From the IMG/VR virus record IMGVR_UViG_647533160_000003: DNA of 64,000 nt; one strand, given 5' to 3'. The notes beneath the pieces were generated by a model. The model had not been told where the DNA came from and searched no databases. It saw only the letters and a list, made by a program, of their open reading frames with translations. The DNA is from a virus. Its lineage: Duplodnaviria; Heunggongvirae; Uroviricota; Caudoviricetes. Position 1 is the stretch's first letter. The number at the start of each line of letters is the position of its first letter. This document shows positions 29,605-39,117 of the stretch, in pieces. Position numbers and translations under genes: made by a program.

Positions 29605-30068
29605 AATACGATGCGCATCAGTTCAAACGTGCGGGGAATAGACTCAACAACAGCCAGAAAGCATTTAAGCGATATCTTATTCGGGACATGGAAAAGCTGG
29701 CGCGTTTGGTTGAGCGCCTCAGCCGTGCAATGGCCCCGCTGGAAACCGGATCTCTGGAGACAGCTATCTTTGCCAGGGTGATTAAAGAAGGTTATTCAGG
29801 GCTGCGCATTGAGCTTTCTGTGTCTGGAGCAAAACCACGTCAGGGGCATCCGGGCGTAGAAGTAGGTGACTATGCTAAGTACATGGAGCTGGGTAAATAC
29901 CGACTCGGTTATCTTTCTCGAATGAAGAGCGTGACAAACCCACCAATTGCCGGTGTTAAACCCCGTGTTGGGCCACACTTTCTGGAAAGAGCGGTGGAAA
30001 TTAGCGAGAAGCAGTTCTCAGAAGCGATTCTTGAGGCTGCCAGAAAAGCCGGTTTTACGAGAGGTTAA
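29595..30068 (+). CDS. Head-tail connector/tail completion protein (putative)
   Basis: Overlapping ORF in morphogenesis block. Confidence 0.4.
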   Translation: MGLKYDAHQFKRAGNRLNNSQKAFKRYLIRDMEKLARLVERLSRAMAPLETGSLETAIFARVIKEGYSGLRIELSVSGAKPRQGHPGVEVGDYAKYMELGKYRLGYLSRMKSVTNPPIAGVKPRVGPHFLERAVEISEKQFSEAILEAARKAGFTRG

Positions 30069-30453
30069 TGTGTTTATCGAAGCGTTTGCAAGTTTGATGC
30101 AGAAGGCAAAGATTGGCACGGTCGGGACTGACATTTTCTGTCACTACTTGCCTGCCAATGTGAAATCTGGCGTCCTGCTTATTAACCCAAATACCGGCAT
30201 CAGCATCGATCATGAGCTACAGGGCTTTTATCACGAATCATTCACAATCATTGTGCGTGGTTCGTCAATCACTACGACGGTTGAGAAAGCCAATAAAATC
30301 ATTGAGATGTTTCCAGTAGAGGAAACGGAATCTGGTGGTGTTTATTTTCGACTTGTACGACCGATGGCGATGCCAATCATTTATCCCAAAAATGATGGGG
30401 CATTAATAGAAGCAGGCATTCCTGTTGAATTTGCTGGCTATTTATTGAATTAA
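30067..30453 (+). CDS. Tail completion protein (putative)
   Basis: GTG 30067 overlapping upstream stop; position before major tail gene. Confidence 0.4.
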   Translation, partial: NVFIEAFASLMQKAKIGTVGTDIFCHYLPANVKSGVLLINPNTGISIDHELQGFYHESFTIIVRGSSITTTVEKANKIIEMFPVEETESGGVYFRLVRPMAMPIIYPKNDGALIEAGIPVEFAGYLLN

Positions 30454-30460
30454 GTTAATT

Positions 30461-30478
30461 GGTAAGTATATACTTACC
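30461..30478. promoter_or_regulatory. Perfect palindrome GGTAAGTATATACTTACC (member of GATAAGTAAG motif family) upstream of major tail gene
   Basis: 18-bp perfect inverted repeat ~50 nt before ATG. Confidence 0.55.
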
Positions 30479-30527
30479 ATTGACGCAATGAATGCGTAGA
30501 ATTAACGGAAAAAGGAGTTTTCCATCA

Positions 30528-31274
30528 ATGTCTAATACCCATGTAAAAAACATCAAACTTGGTGCCTGTAAGGTGTCGTTTGGTGGTGTGGATTTGGGTT
30601 ACACCAAAGGTGGTGTTCAGGTTGAAGTAGCCACTGAAACGCAGAAAATCACCGTTGACCAGAGAGGTCAAACCGTAGTCTCAGAAGTAGTTATGGGGCG
30701 TAACATTACCATTACCGCACCTCTGGCCGAATCTGTGCTCCGAAACATGGTTGACCTGATGCCCGGTTCTACTCTGAGCGAAGATGACAACTCTGTCACG
30801 ATCACATCTGCTCAGGGCGTAAACCTGATGGATGTAGCGAAGGAGCTGGTTCTGACTCCGCAGGACACAACCGACTATGTGTTGACCATCCCGAAAGCGG
30901 CAACTGCGGGCAACTTCACTATGACCTACCAGTCTGATGATGTTCGTGTGTTCTCTGTTCAGTTCAGCGCATACCCGGATGATGAAGGCGTTTTGGGCAA
31001 AATGAGCGGTCCAAAACCGGTAAAAACTGTGTCGATCACACCGGAATCTCCAACCGTAAAAGCTGGAGAGACAGTGCAACTGACAGCAGAAATCACTCCA
31101 GCTGATGCCGCAGATAAAACCGGTGTTTGGGAATCCGAAGACCAGGAAAAGGCCACGGTAGATCAAACGGGTCTTGTGCGTGGTGTGGCGCAGGGTACTG
31201 CAAATATCTCCTTCACCAGCAATAGCGGTGCTAAGAAGGCAACTAAGTCAGTAACGATTAACTCCGCAGATTAA
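30528..31274 (+). CDS. Major tail protein with C-terminal Ig-like (Big_2-type) domain
   Basis: AAAGGAG RBS; C-terminal ~80 aa Ig-like repeat similar to those in 26948-27868; lambda gpV-like architecture; followed by terminator. Confidence 0.7.
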   Translation: MSNTHVKNIKLGACKVSFGGVDLGYTKGGVQVEVATETQKITVDQRGQTVVSEVVMGRNITITAPLAESVLRNMVDLMPGSTLSEDDNSVTITSAQGVNLMDVAKELVLTPQDTTDYVLTIPKAATAGNFTMTYQSDDVRVFSVQFSAYPDDEGVLGKMSGPKPVKTVSITPESPTVKAGETVQLTAEITPADAADKTGVWESEDQEKATVDQTGLVRGVAQGTANISFTSNSGAKKATKSVTINSAD

Positions 31275-31287
31275 TCAGTAATTAAGC

Positions 31288-31314
31288 AGAGGCTCAGGAT
31301 GAGCCTCTCTTTTA
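31288..31314 (+). terminator. Rho-independent terminator after major tail gene
   Basis: agaggctcaggatgagcctct + CTTTT. Confidence 0.7.
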
Positions 31315-31329
31315 AAAGGATTTTAACCA

Positions 31330-31647
31330 ATGACCAAATTACTCGATCTCGATTCCATTCTGCCTCCGAAGAAAAGCATCAAATTTGGCGGTCAGGAATA
31401 TCCCATCGTTGAAATGACGGTAGGTCTGTTCGTTTCCATCAAACAGATGGAAGGCAAAGATCTCATGAACATGTCTCCTGTTGAGCAAGTGACAGCTTAT
31501 GCAGATCTGGTTCGTAAGGTTATCCCTTCAGTACCTGACGAAGTTCTTGAAAAACTGACTGTTCCGCAACTCCAGCAGATCTTCACCTTCGCTATGGAAG
31601 TGATTGATGAAGAAAACGAAAAAGCGGCTGGCGAAGGGGCAAAGTAA
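31330..31647 (+). CDS. Tail assembly chaperone (lambda gpG-like)
   Basis: Small acidic protein directly upstream of tape measure gene. Confidence 0.6.
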   Translation: MTKLLDLDSILPPKKSIKFGGQEYPIVEMTVGLFVSIKQMEGKDLMNMSPVEQVTAYADLVRKVIPSVPDEVLEKLTVPQLQQIFTFAMEVIDEENEKAAGEGAK

Positions 31648-31997
31648 TTTCCCGCGATGAATCCGGGACAAGGACCGTTTCAATAGATCTCGGATTCTAT
31701 TTCAGTCGTGTAGTTGCTCACTACGCTGTGTCGCCATTAGAGCTATTGAACATCCCTCTCACGATGTTCTGGATGCTCAGTCGCAATATAGACCGTCTGC
31801 GTGCGGAAGAGGATGTCCGCAACTTACAAGTCGCTCGTGCGTCCCAGGCGGATGGCGAGGCTGTGAAGGCGTTCATGGAGGGTTTGCAACTCAGGATTGG
31901 AAGACCAGTCGTAACAGATAAAGTCTACGATCCAAGCCAGGATAAGGCAGACCCTGACGCCAAAGAGCAACTGATGCAAATATTTGGCAGAGGATGA
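31611..31997 (+). CDS. Tail assembly chaperone -1 frame extension (gpGT-like C-terminal part; expressed by programmed frameshift)
   Basis: -1 frame open from 31611 to 31997, overlapping end of upstream ORF; A-run gaaaaag at 31618-31624. Confidence 0.45.
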   Translation, partial: RKRKSGWRRGKVISRDESGTRTVSIDLGFYFSRVVAHYAVSPLELLNIPLTMFWMLSRNIDRLRAEEDVRNLQVARASQADGEAVKAFMEGLQLRIGRPVVTDKVYDPSQDKADPDAKEQLMQIFGRG

Positions 31998-32004
31998 CAA
32001 GGGA

Positions 32005-35000
32005 ATGTCACAAAACGTAGAGTTTATCCTGTCGCTGGAAGACAAACAGTTTACAGCGTCAATCGATCGTGCGGGGAAACTGCTTACTCGATTTGGTGAG
32101 CAGGTAACAAAGCCTGCTCAAAAAATCCAAACCTTTGAACGCTCTTTGGGTTCGGTCGCCCGTATCATTGGCGTTCTGGAAAGCAAGCTCGATTCTACGG
32201 CAGATAAACTACAGGATGTAGCTGCCGGTTTTGAGCTTGCTTCAGATGCTACGCGTAAAATGCGTGGTAACATCACCAGCCTCAATTCTGGTCTTAAAGC
32301 CCTGATTGAGCGCGTCGATACGACAACTTCTTCAGTAGATAAACTCACCGCGTCATTACGTAAAGTGCAATCAGAGCTAAATGATTTCTCTGATTGGGCG
32401 ACCTATGCAAGCAAAAGCGCAAGCCGCTTTGGTACGGAGGTCAAAGAAGCCTCTGCGTCCGTGAGTGGCATGAATACGCGCCTTAATACCACGACGAAGC
32501 GACTCAGTAATTGGGGTGTCACAACGACTCAGGCTGCCGAGGGACTGAAAAAGGTTCGTGAGCAGATGGACGAAGTTATCGGGCGTCAGCAACTGATTAG
32601 CAAGCCGGTACGTGTTCGTACATCTGGAAGTGGTGATGGTGGTAGCGGTAGCAGGCAGCGTAGCGGCGCTTCTGGCCATAGCGGTAAAAGTAACGAAGGA
32701 GGTATGTTCTCTGGCCTTCGTGGCAACATTTTCCTGCTTGGCGAGATCGGAGATGCAGCCAGAACGGTTACTGACATCATGTTTGGGTGGCAGAAGCCTA
32801 TTGTTGAAGCTGCGGCCGAAATGGAACGTATGCGGGTGATGCTTCGAGGGTTGAATAAGGAGAAGTCCAACCCTGGCCAGGCTGCCGCTGATGATATGAA
32901 GTACATCGTAGACATGGCTCAAAATGCGCCGTTCGCGATGCAGGCGTTAACAGACTCCTTCGTGAAGTTTCGTTCTGCTGGCTTAGATCCAACCGATGGT
33001 TCTCTGAAGGCGCTGGTGGACTCCGTTGCTCGTTTTGGTGGTGATAGTGAGCTGTTGAAACGTGCGGCTGTGGCCGTTCAGCAGATGTCCGGTAAGGGCG
33101 TTGTGTCAATGGAAGAGCTACGTCAGCAATTAGGTGAAGCCGTTCCTAACGCGATGCAGGCAATGGCAGACGCCGCAGGCATCACTATGGGGGAACTAAC
33201 TAAAGCCGTTGCCAGCGGTACGGTTGAGGCAAAGCAGGCGTTGTCTCTGATGTTTGTTGGTCTGCGTGCGGAGAACGAGAACGCAGCGAAAGACATGATG
33301 CAAACCTACACAGGTGCGCTGGCGCAACTTCAGACGTCATTCACGTTATTTGCTGATCGAGTTGGTCAGGCTGGATATCTGGATTCTCTATCAAAGGGGA
33401 TGAAAGAACTGGCTTCAATCATGAATAGCGCCGAAGGGATTTCGTTTGCCAATTCTTTAGGTTCGGGGTTAACGACGGCAATCGATGGGTTGCGTCAGCT
33501 TGCTCAATGGTTAGCAAAGAACCAAGAGCTGGTAATTAATCTCGGTAAGGTCGTGGCCGCGATGGTTGCGTTCAAACTGATGCGAGCAGGGATCATGGGA
33601 GTAGTTGGCGCAGGCAGCCAGATGGTTAGCACCTTTGCCACGATGGCGACCGCCATACAGACTCCATTTAACCTCGGCGCTACAGCAGTAACTCGATTCA
33701 ATCGTGCGGCACGTATGGGGTTGGCTCCGATCCCCTCTCTTATTTTCGCCATCCGTGGGGCGATTACGGGGCTTAAAGGCGCTTTTGCAGGATTAACGGC
33801 GTTCATTGCAGCAAACCCTATAGGGGCAGCATTTACAGTTGCCACTGTAGCTGTTGCTGGCCTAATCACGTACATGACCATGCTCCGCAGCGAAACTTCA
33901 AAGGTCGTTGACGAGATTAGGAAAATACCAGAAGCGATGACAGCGGCCAAACGTGCACAGATGGCGGAGTATAAAGCGCGTCTTGAGCAACAAATCACGC
34001 AAAAGGAACAAGAGTTAAAATCTGGCGAAAAGGTGGTTTATGGGCCGGGTATGGCCGGAACTACAGTAAAGATTAATCAGGATGAACGTAAGCGTATAGA
34101 AAATGAGCTAAATGACCTTCGTAAGAAACGCGATAAAACTACTGGGGCAATTGAACGCGGAGACATTGCTGTAGCCAAACGTCTTGCAAAAGATGCGGCA
34201 GAATCACAGATAGAGAAAATACGGGAAGAGAATAGAGACTTTGCGGCAACATTCGCTAAAGCTCGTCAAGAGGCTCTGGAGAAGATCCAAAAAATCAATG
34301 ATGACGATTCACTTTCTGATGACGAAAAGAACAAACTATTGGCACCGTTACGTGAAACGGTAAACAAAAGCTATCTGGAGCCTGCGCAAAAACTGGTTGA
34401 TTCACTTTCTTCTCGTAAGAATGCTACCGAGAAGCAAATAGCGACTCTTAATGATCAGCTTGAAAAAGCGAAAAAGGAAGGAAACACCGAGCAGATCAAG
34501 AAACTGCAAGGCAGTATTCGTGGTTATCAGGAGAATTTGGAAGTCGTCGCTCAGGAACTGACTCAGGCAGAGTTCGAGAGAGATAACGCTGCCAAAACTG
34601 GTAAGGGCGTAATGTCAAACCAGGGGACTGTTCTTGGGTTAGGTACAACTGATAAAGCTGCTCAGAAGGCGTTGGCGCAATATATGCGAAACCAGATGGA
34701 TTCTGCGACTTATCAGCGTACTTTGCCTGACGGCACTCCGATGATGGACTTCGAAGGTAAGCCGATTATTGGGCCTAAACAACTCAAGACGCAGCTTAAT
34801 TTGCAGAAAGCATCCAGTGCCAGCTCTCTGGAGAAAATGAGCGATGAAGAGCGTGCCGCAGCCATTGCTGCACTGACTAAAGCTCGTGAACAGGATGCAG
34901 CAGCTGCCGAGAAAGCAGCCCAACGATCAGCTAACGCCTCGCAGCGTGCGGCCAAGAAGGAACAGGCAGCGCAACAGAAACTGGCAGCCGGATACCAGAA

Positions 35001-36570
35001 GGCTCTGGACAAAGCCGATCAGCTTATGGGGCAAATGGGTGAAAGCTCTAAGGCTACGGTATCGTTTGATCAGTCTCTTCGCGATACAACAAAATCGCTA
35101 ACTGATTTGGCTAATGCGGTTCCTAACGAGTTCATCACTCAAGAGATGATCGACAAGGCGAAAAAACGTCTTGAAGACCTCAAAAATGCGACACCTGAAT
35201 ATCGCGAGATGTTTAATCGCCGCAATGTTGAGCAGATGATCTCCACTTGGGCACCGGAGGCGGATTCCATTATTAGTGCTGGCTATACGCCGTCTCGTGA
35301 AGAGAAAGTTGCTGATTTCGAAGACACCTACAACCGCAATCTCAAAGCGTTGATAGAACTTCGTGATAAGGCGTCTGATCCTAAAGTCGTGGCGCTTTAT
35401 ACAAAGAAAATCAATCAACTTATTGCTGCTGGCAATACCGCGCTTATTAAAGAGACGGGGACTGCGACGCAGAAGTTGGCACTGGAATACGAAAACCTGG
35501 CAGAGCAGATCGAAAGCACCTGGACTGATTTGTTTAGTGGCTTAACTGATGTCCTGACTGATTTCGTTATTAACGGGAAGATGAGCTTCTCCAGCCTGTC
35601 TCAGTCCATTTTGAAAGATATCACCAATATGGTCGTGAAGTCGCAGATCACGCTGCCTCTAATGAACATGTTGGGGATGGGAACCACCGCAGCTGGTAGT
35701 TCACAGAGTGGTAATTTGCTGACCGGGGTTGCTTCCGCCGTTGCCAATCAAGGGGTACGAATGGGCAACACTGTTAACGGCGACAAGTCGGTAGGAGAAG
35801 CCACGAAGGAGACGTCCAGTTCGGTAACTGGATTGGGGCAAACGACACAGCAGACCACCAGCGCAATTGGCACAGCAACAAATGCGATTGGTAGCTGGGT
35901 ATCAGGGCTATTTGATAGCACCGAAGCCAAAGATGCTGAGACAAAAGCAGTGAAGGATTCCATCTTCTCGATGCAGAACCTCAGCTCTGTTACCGGTGCT
36001 CTGTCTGCCGCGTTTGCAATGCTTGGAGCTAATGCTTCCGGCTCTGGTAATAAGTGGTTGAATTTCGGCGCGACAGTTGCATCTGGGTTGGTTTCAGTAT
36101 GGGCAGGTGGTGGTTTCGACAGTGTGACATCAAGCTCTGCTAAAACCGCAACTAGCAGTGTGGCTGACGGAACTAAAGGCATTCCTGCAATCCCGAAGTT
36201 TGCAAATGGAGGAATATTCGGAAAAGACGGCGTGATCCCGCTCCGGGCATACCAGAAAGGCGGTATTGCTAACTCACCTCAATTAGCGTTGTTTGGGGAA
36301 GGTTCTATGAATGAGGCGTATGTTCCATTGCCTGATGGCCGAACAATCCCTGTAACGCTCAGTACCGATGGTATGAGTGGAGGCGGAAATGTTCTTTCTC
36401 CTGTATCAATTGAGATCAACGTCCATAGTGACGGTAGCACGACAGAATCCGGCGATACAGAAAGCATATGGAACAATGCTGCTAAACGGGTGAAAGCCGT
36501 CGTACTTGAGACTATCGCTCAAGAAAAACGCCCTGGCGGATCACTCAACCCAAACACTCAACGTAACTAA
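32005..36570 (+). CDS. Tail tape measure protein
   Basis: >1500 aa, coiled-coil-rich with hydrophobic central segments; position after G/GT. Confidence 0.85.
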   Translation: MSQNVEFILSLEDKQFTASIDRAGKLLTRFGEQVTKPAQKIQTFERSLGSVARIIGVLESKLDSTADKLQDVAAGFELASDATRKMRGNITSLNSGLKALIERVDTTTSSVDKLTASLRKVQSELNDFSDWATYASKSASRFGTEVKEASASVSGMNTRLNTTTKRLSNWGVTTTQAAEGLKKVREQMDEVIGRQQLISKPVRVRTSGSGDGGSGSRQRSGASGHSGKSNEGGMFSGLRGNIFLLGEIGDAARTVTDIMFGWQKPIVEAAAEMERMRVMLRGLNKEKSNPGQAAADDMKYIVDMAQNAPFAMQALTDSFVKFRSAGLDPTDGSLKALVDSVARFGGDSELLKRAAVAVQQMSGKGVVSMEELRQQLGEAVPNAMQAMADAAGITMGELTKAVASGTVEAKQALSLMFVGLRAENENAAKDMMQTYTGALAQLQTSFTLFADRVGQAGYLDSLSKGMKELASIMNSAEGISFANSLGSGLTTAIDGLRQLAQWLAKNQELVINLGKVVAAMVAFKLMRAGIMGVVGAGSQMVSTFATMATAIQTPFNLGATAVTRFNRAARMGLAPIPSLIFAIRGAITGLKGAFAGLTAFIAANPIGAAFTVATVAVAGLITYMTMLRSETSKVVDEIRKIPEAMTAAKRAQMAEYKARLEQQITQKEQELKSGEKVVYGPGMAGTTVKINQDERKRIENELNDLRKKRDKTTGAIERGDIAVAKRLAKDAAESQIEKIREENRDFAATFAKARQEALEKIQKINDDDSLSDDEKNKLLAPLRETVNKSYLEPAQKLVDSLSSRKNATEKQIATLNDQLEKAKKEGNTEQIKKLQGSIRGYQENLEVVAQELTQAEFERDNAAKTGKGVMSNQGTVLGLGTTDKAAQKALAQYMRNQMDSATYQRTLPDGTPMMDFEGKPIIGPKQLKTQLNLQKASSASSLEKMSDEERAAAIAALTKAREQDAAAAEKAAQRSANASQRAAKKEQAAQQKLAAGYQKALDKADQLMGQMGESSKATVSFDQSLRDTTKSLTDLANAVPNEFITQEMIDKAKKRLEDLKNATPEYREMFNRRNVEQMISTWAPEADSIISAGYTPSREEKVADFEDTYNRNLKALIELRDKASDPKVVALYTKKINQLIAAGNTALIKETGTATQKLALEYENLAEQIESTWTDLFSGLTDVLTDFVINGKMSFSSLSQSILKDITNMVVKSQITLPLMNMLGMGTTAAGSSQSGNLLTGVASAVANQGVRMGNTVNGDKSVGEATKETSSSVTGLGQTTQQTTSAIGTATNAIGSWVSGLFDSTEAKDAETKAVKDSIFSMQNLSSVTGALSAAFAMLGANASGSGNKWLNFGATVASGLVSVWAGGGFDSVTSSSAKTATSSVADGTKGIPAIPKFANGGIFGKDGVIPLRAYQKGGIANSPQLALFGEGSMNEAYVPLPDGRTIPVTLSTDGMSGGGNVLSPVSIEINVHSDGSTTESGDTESIWNNAAKRVKAVVLETIAQEKRPGGSLNPNTQRN

Positions 36571-36612
36571 CTATCGACTGCCCCGGTCGGGGCAGTCTTA
36601 CAAGGATGTGAG

Positions 36613-36948
36613 ATGGAAAGACAAACGTTTAATTGGTATCCAGATTACGAATCTGAAAAAAGCGTAAAACCGAATGTAACGGTACTTAATTTTGGTGATG
36701 ACTACGAGCAGCGACAGGCTCAAGGTCTTAATCGTATTAAAGAAGAATGGTCGTTAACCTTTACCAGATCATACAACGAAATTAATGCAATCGATGACTT
36801 CCTGACTGAGCGATCAGGCGTTGAATCGTTCTATTGGGTTAATCCAAGAGGCAAGCAGATTGTAGTTGTATGTGACAGTCATACGGTCAAGCGATATCAG
36901 GGGTACTGTGTCTTAACAGCTACATTCAGACAAGTATTTGAGGCTTAA
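36613..36948 (+). CDS. Minor tail protein (lambda gpM-like)
   Basis: 111 aa, gene order H-M-L-K-I-J. Confidence 0.6.
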   Translation: MERQTFNWYPDYESEKSVKPNVTVLNFGDDYEQRQAQGLNRIKEEWSLTFTRSYNEINAIDDFLTERSGVESFYWVNPRGKQIVVVCDSHTVKRYQGYCVLTATFRQVFEA

Positions 36949-37030
36949 GTATCTGGATAAGTAAGTACTAATTTACTATCATTGTGGCGCTGACAGGATG
37001 TTAGCGCCTACTTATTTCAAGGATGAAACA

Positions 37031-37729
37031 ATGGGAATTAAAGCTGATATTCAGAGCTTATCTCCCTCTGCACTCATTGAGTTGTTCGTACTGGATATGT
37101 CGAACACAACTTCAGGGGGGAAGCTATTCTTCCACGCCGGAACAAACGAACTGATGCAACCGGTCGTCTGGCAAGGAGTGACATACGAGCCGTGGCCAAT
37201 CAAAGCATCAGGCTTTGACAAAACTGGCCAGGGAACGTTGCCACGTCCAAAAATTCAGGTATCGAACTTTGCCGGAACCGTCTCTGCGGAAGTTCAAGCG
37301 AACGACGATCTTGTTGGCTGCCGCATTATTCGCAAGATGACGCTGGCTCGCTTCCTCGATGCCGTTAATTTTAAAGACGGCAACCCAACAGCAGATCCAA
37401 ACCAACATTTCCCGGATGAAATGTGGTTTATCGAACAGAAAACTCTCGAAACTCATCAGGTTGTCGAGTTTGAATTGTCCAGTGTGTTCGATTTGATGGG
37501 GGTGCAACTGCCGTATCGTCAGATCATTAAAAACACCTGCCCGTGGAAATACCGAGGGCCAGAATGCGGCTATACCGGTCCATATTTCGACAAAAATAAC
37601 CAGCAGACGTCTATGTCTGGTGCGGATTACTGCACAAAACGTTATGACGCCTGTAATGCGCGTCGGAATTATTTTGCCGACGGTGTGATCCATTTTGGCG
37701 GGTTTATTGGAGCTACGCGGTATGGGTAA
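37031..37729 (+). CDS. Minor tail protein (lambda gpL-like)
   Basis: ~233 aa; Cys-rich C-terminus (CPWKYRGPECGYTGPY...CTKRYDACNARRN); gene order. Confidence 0.65.
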   Translation: MGIKADIQSLSPSALIELFVLDMSNTTSGGKLFFHAGTNELMQPVVWQGVTYEPWPIKASGFDKTGQGTLPRPKIQVSNFAGTVSAEVQANDDLVGCRIIRKMTLARFLDAVNFKDGNPTADPNQHFPDEMWFIEQKTLETHQVVEFELSSVFDLMGVQLPYRQIIKNTCPWKYRGPECGYTGPYFDKNNQQTSMSGADYCTKRYDACNARRNYFADGVIHFGGFIGATRYG

Positions 37730-38519
37730 TAAAGCAATCCCTGAGCTTGGCTCTGACGTTATGCAGCAAATCTATCTCTGCGCCATAAATCGCTACCCTA
37801 ATGAAGCGTGTGGCTTTCTGGTTAGAACTAATGGCGACAAATATCGCTTTATGGAAGCGCGGAATGTTTCGGAGAACCCGCAGAACACTTTTGTAATGCA
37901 CGTTGACGACATTATGGCGGCAGAGGATGCGGGTGATGTTATCGCAATCTGGCATTCACATACTGATGAATCAGTAGAAGCATCTGATGCCGATCGTGCA
38001 GGCTGCGAAGCGACGGAAGTTCCGTGGATGATTCTGGCTATTCGCAAGAATGTTGAGGGAGACGCCACTTTCCATTTTAGCGAGATGAATGTGATCACAC
38101 CTGATGGTTTCGAAATGCCATACCTGGGCAGACCGTATGTATTTGGCGTATTCGATTGCTGGATGTTGTGTCGGGACTATTTGAAGCGTGAGTTTAACGT
38201 CGAACTAAACCCGAACGCACATCTGCATATTCCATCGTGGTACACCGGCGATAAAGACATTCTCGACCAGAACTACCGAAATGAAGGATTGGTACGGCTT
38301 GCGCCCGGAACAGAGCCTCAACGTGGGGACATCTTCTTTATCCAATACGGGAAAATGCCTGACCACTGCGCTGTTTATATCGGCGATGGAATGATTCTTC
38401 ATCACCAGATCGACCGCCTAAGTTGTCGTGCTTATTACGGCGGAATGTATCAGAAACATACGACGCATCACTTGCGTCACAGAGACTTGCTCAAGGGAGA
38501 TGAGACGTGTCTGAGTTAG
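37722..38519 (+). CDS. Tail assembly protein (lambda gpK-like) with JAB/MPN and NlpC/P60-like regions
   Basis: JAMM-like motif 'HSHTDESVEASDADR'; C-terminal Cys/His region (DCWMLCRDY...HH); gene order. Confidence 0.65.
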   Translation: MGNKAIPELGSDVMQQIYLCAINRYPNEACGFLVRTNGDKYRFMEARNVSENPQNTFVMHVDDIMAAEDAGDVIAIWHSHTDESVEASDADRAGCEATEVPWMILAIRKNVEGDATFHFSEMNVITPDGFEMPYLGRPYVFGVFDCWMLCRDYLKREFNVELNPNAHLHIPSWYTGDKDILDQNYRNEGLVRLAPGTEPQRGDIFFIQYGKMPDHCAVYIGDGMILHHQIDRLSCRAYYGGMYQKHTTHHLRHRDLLKGDETCLS

Positions 38520-39100
38520 TTCATGTGCAGCTTGGCGGCCCTATGGCCAAACATTTTGGCCGCCACTGGCATCTAAAGGTTCGTAATACAAAACAGGCTA
38601 TGGATTTAATTGAGGCCAACAAGCCTGGGTTTAAAGCATGGATGAAGCGCAATATCAAAACCTATGACAGATACCACATCCAGATCACCAATAAACAGGG
38701 CCACAAGTGGTCTGTGGACGAGAGTGAATATCAGATGATGGGGCAGTCTGAAAACATTGCCAAAATTCGCATTACCCCTGTTCCGCGAGGAAGCGGCGGA
38801 TCTGCTTTTGGGTGGTTTCAGACGGTTGTTGGAGCCACTTTATTGGTGGCATCTTTTTTTGGCTTGCCCGCTCTTGCCCCTCTCGGTTTGTCACTGATGA
38901 TGGGCGGTATAGCGCAAATCATATCTCCGCAAGCCACTAACGAAAGTGTGAGGCAGGCGGATAACTCGAACTCTTATTACTTCGATGGACCTCAAAACAC
39001 AACAAACCAGGGGAACCCTGTACAGCTTATCTATGGCGAGGAAATTTTAGTTGGCTCACAGGTCGTGAGTTCTTCTATCACCATCGACCAGCTTATGTAA
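38507..39100 (+). CDS. Tail assembly protein (lambda gpI-like)
   Basis: GTG start overlapping upstream stop; hydrophobic central segment; gene order. Confidence 0.6.
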   Translation: MSELVHVQLGGPMAKHFGRHWHLKVRNTKQAMDLIEANKPGFKAWMKRNIKTYDRYHIQITNKQGHKWSVDESEYQMMGQSENIAKIRITPVPRGSGGSAFGWFQTVVGATLLVASFFGLPALAPLGLSLMMGGIAQIISPQATNESVRQADNSNSYYFDGPQNTTNQGNPVQLIYGEEILVGSQVVSSSITIDQLM

Positions 39101-39117
39101 TCAAGGATTTTTTGGAC

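Noticed and set aside
32377-33998. Minus-strand ORFs (181 aa, 164 aa) inside the tape measure gene
   Set aside because: Antisense to a long, well-supported gene with no start signals.
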